Assembly: GCA_913052275.1 (NCBI GenBank)
Contig: CAJXDX010000001.1
Location: 1-52,243 of the forward strand
DNA: 52,243 bases
Direction: 5' to 3'
From: an uncultured Pseudomonadota bacterium
Lineage (GTDB): Bacteria > SAR324 > NAC60-12
Shown: positions 47,505-52,243 of the stretch, one piece after another
Layout of the letters: each line of letters opens with the position of its first letter
How positions within the stretch are numbered: the first letter of the stretch is position 1
Position numbers and translations under genes: made by a program
Notes under the pieces: generated by a model
What the model saw: the letters and a program-made list of their open reading frames with translations, nothing else
Database searches by the model: none
Told to the model about the DNA's origin: nothing

Positions 47505-49586
47505 TTAACTGATTGTATCATTCTTAATTACCTGCACTGTGTACCCTTCCAGCCAGGCACAACCATCAACAGGAGAAATGTAATCGGAAGGTTCTTTATC
47601 AGTATCAATTATCACCAGCCAGTTTTTTTCTTCAGGGACTTCAAATTTAACAGGCCGATCAAAACAATTGATCAAGACCCGTATTGTCTGTTCCGGGAAT
47701 TCATTATTTGTTACTTCATAATGTAATGTTCGAACATGAGGTTCATGATCTTCCGGACCACCTGAGGCATTGAACCACTGATAATTGCTTTTTTTTGAAA
47801 ACAGGAAAGGAAAAAGCTGTTTCCTCAATGCAATCATCATTTTGGTGAACTCAAGCAGTTTTAAGTTTTTTTTAGCCAGTGTCCAGTCCAGCCATGTTAA
47901 AGGTGAATCATGGCAATAAGCATTATTATTGCCCTGCTGGGTTCTGCCAAATTCATCGCCTCCAGCAAGCATGGGAATCCCGTTTGACAGCATTAGAAGG
48001 CAATGAAACATACACAGCTTACGGAATCGCAAATTCAATATTTGCTGATTGTTTGTCTCACCTTCAATTCCACAGTTATCTGAATAATCAGTGTGATGAC
48101 CATCCTGGTTTTCTTCAGCGTTGTCCTCATTGTGTTTTGTGTTGTATGAAACCAGATCCATCATTGTCATTCCATCGTGTGATGCGATGAAGTTGATACT
48201 TCCCTTTCTTCCTTTCTCTGCAGACCCAAAAATCCCTGGACTGCCCAACAGCGACTCTTTAAGTTCAGCCATCATATTGTTCTCTCCCTGAACCGCACGT
48301 ATTAATGTATCACGGTATTTGTCGTTCCATTCTGACCAATCAGCATGAGAAGCCGCTTTGCCCAGTTCATAACCTCCGGAAGCATCCCAAGGTTCGGAAA
48401 TAAGCTTTATGTTTTTCAGTCTCGGATCATCTCTTAATTCCCAAAGTAACTGTGGAAAATCCATAATTTCCCCGCAAATATCCCTGTTAAGAATGGTTGC
48501 AAGGTCAAAGCGAAATCCGTCAACACCAATAATGTTTGACCAGTAATAAAGGCACTCAAGAATTAATTGCCTTGTTACATTGTGGGCGCATTTCAATGTG
48601 TTTCCACATCCGGAAAAATTCAAGTAGCTTCCGTCATTTTCAAGCAAATACCACTGTTCTGCCGCCAATGACTTTAAATGATCAACTGGACCATCTGCCC
48701 CAAATTCTGCTGTATGGTTAAAGACTACATCCAGCCAGATTTCAAGGCCTGCTTGATGGAATTCATCAACCATAGATTTAAATTCCTGCACAGAATCTTG
48801 AACATCTGCAGAGTAATTTTGTTTTGGTGCAAAAAACAACAGCGGTGAGTATCCCCAGTAGTTTAATAATGATTGCCTTTGTTTTGAGTTTGAATAAAGT
48901 GTCTCGTTTTCATCAAAATCAAAAACCGGGAGAAGCTCAATTGCAGTAACGCCAAGTGATTTTATATACGGAATGCAATCAACCAGACCCCGGTAAGTTC
49001 CGGAAAATGATGAATCTGTAAAGGTGCAAGAAGGGCTGCGTGTCATGCCTCGTACATGGCATTCGTAAACGATGCTATGCTCTTTTCTATGATTGGGACG
49101 TGGTGGACGGATAGGAGCGTTATCAGAAAACTGAGTTTCCGGAAAAATTACAGGCAATCTGCGCAGCCCATTAAACTTTTTTCCTGATTGACGTTTAATG
49201 ATGGTGAGACTGTGATCATGTTTATCCACAGCAAATCCAAGAGGCATTCCCCATCTCTCTCCTCCACGGCTGTCCTTTGCATATGGATCGATAATAAAAT
49301 GTGTGGAGCCGTCGGTTTTTTCTAATTGAATCAGATAAGCCAGAGATGTTGTTTCGGGACCATAAAATTCTGCTTCCCATCCCCATACATTTTCTGATTG
49401 AAAACTTAAATCCAGCTGAACGTCAGACAACAGGGCATGAGTATCTCCAGGCTGGGGCATGAAGTTTGGATAAAACAGATAGCGGATGGAAACTGTATCA
49501 GCTGCAGGAAGCCCAAATTGAATTCTGTTATTCAGCCAATGTCCGCCAATTACCGGTCTTGATAAGGGTCGGATTGAATGAAACAT
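47505..49586 (-). CDS. glgX: glycogen debranching enzyme (isoamylase-type, GH13)
   Basis: 693 aa. GH13 regions DVVFNHT, GVDGFRFDLA, LISEPWD, FIASHDG. N-terminal CBM48-like region. Confidence 0.85.
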   Translation of the reverse strand: MFHSIRPLSRPVIGGHWLNNRIQFGLPAADTVSIRYLFYPNFMPQPGDTHALLSDVQLDLSFQSENVWGWEAEFYGPETTSLAYLIQLEKTDGSTHFIIDPYAKDSRGGERWGMPLGFAVDKHDHSLTIIKRQSGKKFNGLRRLPVIFPETQFSDNAPIRPPRPNHRKEHSIVYECHVRGMTRSPSCTFTDSSFSGTYRGLVDCIPYIKSLGVTAIELLPVFDFDENETLYSNSKQRQSLLNYWGYSPLLFFAPKQNYSADVQDSVQEFKSMVDEFHQAGLEIWLDVVFNHTAEFGADGPVDHLKSLAAEQWYLLENDGSYLNFSGCGNTLKCAHNVTRQLILECLYYWSNIIGVDGFRFDLATILNRDICGEIMDFPQLLWELRDDPRLKNIKLISEPWDASGGYELGKAASHADWSEWNDKYRDTLIRAVQGENNMMAELKESLLGSPGIFGSAEKGRKGSINFIASHDGMTMMDLVSYNTKHNEDNAEENQDGHHTDYSDNCGIEGETNNQQILNLRFRKLCMFHCLLMLSNGIPMLAGGDEFGRTQQGNNNAYCHDSPLTWLDWTLAKKNLKLLEFTKMMIALRKQLFPFLFSKKSNYQWFNASGGPEDHEPHVRTLHYEVTNNEFPEQTIRVLINCFDRPVKFEVPEEKNWLVIIDTDKEPSDYISPVDGCAWLEGYTVQVIKNDTIS

Positions 49587-49618
49587 TGGTCAGTACAGGA
49601 CAGAAACAGAAGATTTGA

Positions 49619-50422
49619 TTAATGACCTGCAGCAGAAAACAATTTTTGCATTGCGTCCCGGGTTCCAGGAGAGGACGCAACAATCGGATTCCCTGAAATC
49701 AAACCATCATCTGCTAAAAAATCATTAGTCCACCCCCCGGTTTCCTGAACCATGCATAAACCAGCGAGACAGTCCCATGAATTTATCTTGTATTCATATA
49801 TTCCAATATATCGTCCTGCGGCTACATAGGCTGTCATTAAAGCACATGAGCCAATGTCATGATAAACACCACCATTTTTGAACAAATAATCAAAAGCCTT
49901 CTGTGTGGCTTCAATAGAACTGTTAGGTGAATAACCCAACCCGACTATGCCTTCTGAAAGAGAAGTTGCCTTACTGGGCAGCATTGGCTGTCCGTTTAGA
50001 GTGGCTCCATGTCCACGATGTGCTGCAAATAATTCATCAGAACATGGTGAGTAAATAACACCTATCTCAATTCTGTTTTTTAAGACATAGGCAATAGATA
50101 CGCACCATGATGGAATTCCATTTAAGAAGCAGCTTGTACCATCAATAGGATCAACCACCCAGATGCCCTCGGCATCCAAGTTTCTTGTTCCGCTTTCTTC
50201 TCCAAGAAATCCATCTTCAGGAAATAATTCTTCCAGTTTCCCTCGTATCATCTTTTCAACCTCATGGTCAGCTATACTCACCCAGTTCTGTGGCCCTTTT
50301 TTTTCTGTTTGAAGGTTTTTATTGGTCCTGAACCACTGCATTGCATATAAACCGGCATCTCTCGCCAGTACCTGGGCAGATTGGAATCGGTTCAGAATCG
50401 GCTGATCTCTAATTTTTCTCAT
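49619..50422 (-). CDS. inositol monophosphatase-family phosphatase (SuhB-like)
   Basis: 267 aa. FLGEE, WVVDPIDGTSCF, SWDCLAG. Confidence 0.8.
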   Translation of the reverse strand: MRKIRDQPILNRFQSAQVLARDAGLYAMQWFRTNKNLQTEKKGPQNWVSIADHEVEKMIRGKLEELFPEDGFLGEESGTRNLDAEGIWVVDPIDGTSCFLNGIPSWCVSIAYVLKNRIEIGVIYSPCSDELFAAHRGHGATLNGQPMLPSKATSLSEGIVGLGYSPNSSIEATQKAFDYLFKNGGVYHDIGSCALMTAYVAAGRYIGIYEYKINSWDCLAGLCMVQETGGWTNDFLADDGLISGNPIVASSPGTRDAMQKLFSAAGH

Positions 50423-50892
50423 CGGATGAAATCTGTTTCACAAATTTAGAGTCGTTTCTATATGTGATTAAGAGGTAAAAGTCTAAATTACGACCATATT
50501 TTTCATTCCAGCGAACGAGGGAATACATTATTGCAGTAACTTACAAGTTCCTGGAATCCTTCTTTCACTGGAACAACGATTTAAACATTTTAATCGAAAA
50601 TGAATAATTTTTATCATTTCAATTTTTATCGCACTATTATGCATCTAATCTTACAATTCAAAAAGGTTTGTTTGCCAGCAATTTCTTCATCTGATCTTTG
50701 TATAATTGATTGTTTTTTTAATTCACAAAAAGCATCTTGTTCAAATAATAATGGATATTTTTCTTATCGGCAGCAGACTTTTTTAGTTAAAGTTAAATTA
50801 TTTGTTTCTTTTTTATAGTTCGATTTGCTCCGATCATACATTTTGGCCGGAAATGTGAAGGTGTAATTGCTGGCTAAACTTCACAAAAGCAA

Positions 50893-52243
50893 ATGTTCAG
50901 TAGTTTACGTAATAAAATATTGCTTGTCGTTTCTGTATGTGCGTCGATCACACTGCTGGGTTTTTTGGCAGTGTACTGGCTGACACTGGAACAGCAGAAG
51001 TCTTTGCAAAGGCATCACGATCTGCCTTCAATTTCCCAAACATGGTTTCAGCTTAATAACGGCATACATCGAGCAGCCCATGCACAACAGGCATGGTTGA
51101 ATAACAGTGATTCAAAATTTCTCCAAGAGCGTGACATGTCCTGGGGGGAGCAAATACATCCTGCTTTCAATTTGCTTGGAAAGCTTTATAAGGATGCTCG
51201 GATATGGGAAGGAGAACGATCTGTAGAGAGGAGTGTTTTTTATGACTTGAGGTTAATGATCCTGGAACTGGAAAATCTGCAGCATAAAATTGTTTCACGT
51301 GCACAGGAACTTGGTCCAGAAAAAGCTCTGATTGCCTGGTCAGAAAATGAAAGGCCTCTGGTTCAGAATATCAGCAAGCAGGTTGAAATTCTCTTGCGCT
51401 GGCAAACTGATTTTGCACGTCAGCAAGATTCAAGTCTGAAACAGGGCTTGTTAGGACTGGGGATATGGATCTGGATAGTTGCTTCCATAGTCCTGCTGAC
51501 GGTTTTTGTTTTAGCAGTTTTTTTTGCAAAACGAATCACTGACCCATTGAGAAAATTGAGAAATGCAGCACAGAAGGTAACCAGAGATTATTTTATTAAT
51601 CAAAAAATCAAAGAAGCTGAAATACAGGGTAAGGTAGAAAAACCCCATGATAATTTGGATGAGGTGCAAACCCTGACCGACGCTTTTCAGAAAATGGAAT
51701 CTGTCATCCGGGAGCGTACTGCATTGCTGGAAGCTTCAAATCGCAGGCTTGATCAAGCAAGTCGTGCCAAGGGGATGTATCTTATCAGCATGTCGCATGA
51801 ATTGCGCACTCCTCTTAACGCAATAATAGGATTTGCGGAAGTTTTGCTTGAATCAGGAAGAGAGCAGTCGCTGTCTGAATATCAAGTTGATCGTCTACGC
51901 AGAATATTAAAAAGCGGGAAGCATCTGCTGGAACTGATCAATTCACTTCTTGACCTCTCTAAAATTGAATCCGGACAAATGGAGTTGCAAAAAACAGAGT
52001 TTGATATAGAAAACTTGCTCAGGGACGTGGTGGAATTATTGGAGCCGTTGATGCAGGAAAAGAGTCTGCACCATGAGCTTATTATTCAATCCGAACAGCA
52101 GATTATGCTTTATACTGACTACGGCAAACTGCGTCAGGTATTGATCAATCTGCTGGGGAATGCAATAAAATTTTCAGATCCTGAGGGACACATCGGGATC
52201 AATTGCCGGAAAGATGAAACAGGCATTTCAATAGCAATTGAGG
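50893..52243 (+). CDS. sensor histidine kinase, 3' end truncated by the window edge
   Basis: Not in the ORF track because there is no stop codon. From the ATG at 50893 the frame is open to the edge. TM1 is ILLVVSVCASITLLGFLAVYWL, followed by a periplasmic region of about 150 aa. TM2 is GIWIWIVASIVLLTVFVLAVFF, followed by a HAMP-like region (AKRITDPLRKLRNAAQKV). H-box MSHELRTPLNAIIGFAE and N-box INLLGNAIKFS. Confidence 0.8.
   Translation, partial: MFSSLRNKILLVVSVCASITLLGFLAVYWLTLEQQKSLQRHHDLPSISQTWFQLNNGIHRAAHAQQAWLNNSDSKFLQERDMSWGEQIHPAFNLLGKLYKDARIWEGERSVERSVFYDLRLMILELENLQHKIVSRAQELGPEKALIAWSENERPLVQNISKQVEILLRWQTDFARQQDSSLKQGLLGLGIWIWIVASIVLLTVFVLAVFFAKRITDPLRKLRNAAQKVTRDYFINQKIKEAEIQGKVEKPHDNLDEVQTLTDAFQKMESVIRERTALLEASNRRLDQASRAKGMYLISMSHELRTPLNAIIGFAEVLLESGREQSLSEYQVDRLRRILKSGKHLLELINSLLDLSKIESGQMELQKTEFDIENLLRDVVELLEPLMQEKSLHHELIIQSEQQIMLYTDYGKLRQVLINLLGNAIKFSDPEGHIGINCRKDETGISIAIE

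Noticed and set aside
50600-50818. 72-aa ORF in the IMPase/kinase gap
   Set aside because: Phe/Asn/Ile/Cys-rich translation of AT-rich DNA, with no ribosome-binding site and no motif. Probably non-coding.

Overview
AT-rich (by eye about 40% GC), tightly packed bacterial chromosomal segment with about 41 protein-coding genes. Reading both strands, I found no rRNA, tRNA, CRISPR array, transposase, integrase or reverse transcriptase. Most genes are core metabolism and envelope/division functions: pyk, a fadE-like/fadB/fadA beta-oxidation operon, ftsL-ftsI, pdxA, serC, acnA, a phosphosugar mutase, ftsA-ftsZ, trkA, archaeal-type proS, queA, glgX, an IMPase, and a sensor kinase cut by the right edge. 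Lipoproteins, a SurA-like chaperone and FliN point to a diderm, flagellated organism, but the lineage cannot be assigned from sequence alone. Genes often overlap by 1-4 nt, including two convergent pairs that share palindromic stop codons, which suggests a streamlined genome. Six things deserve a second look. (1) A three-gene operon (mtnA-like isomerase, class II aldolase/SDR fusion, LsrF-like class I aldolase/thiolase) could be a non-canonical 5-deoxy/5-methylthio-pentulose-phosphate disposal route. (2) A translationally coupled pair of membrane FHA-domain proteins lies just downstream of ftsA-ftsZ, and FtsZ itself carries a hyper-acidic linker of about 235 residues. (3) A secreted protein of unknown function is start/stop-coupled to the phosphosugar mutase and shares an N-terminal pattern with a lipoprotein at 1.1-2.5 kb. 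(4) An orphan homing-endonuclease-like gene (zinc ribbons plus a degenerate GIY-YIG/T5orf172-like domain) sits next to a 458-bp AT-rich gap, and a standalone HNH gene is wedged between serC and acnA. (5) A long, divergent Prs-like gene is coupled to trkA. (6) An orphan fliN is coupled to a sucrase/ferredoxin-like gene. All family calls come from motif recognition by eye, and none has been checked against a database.
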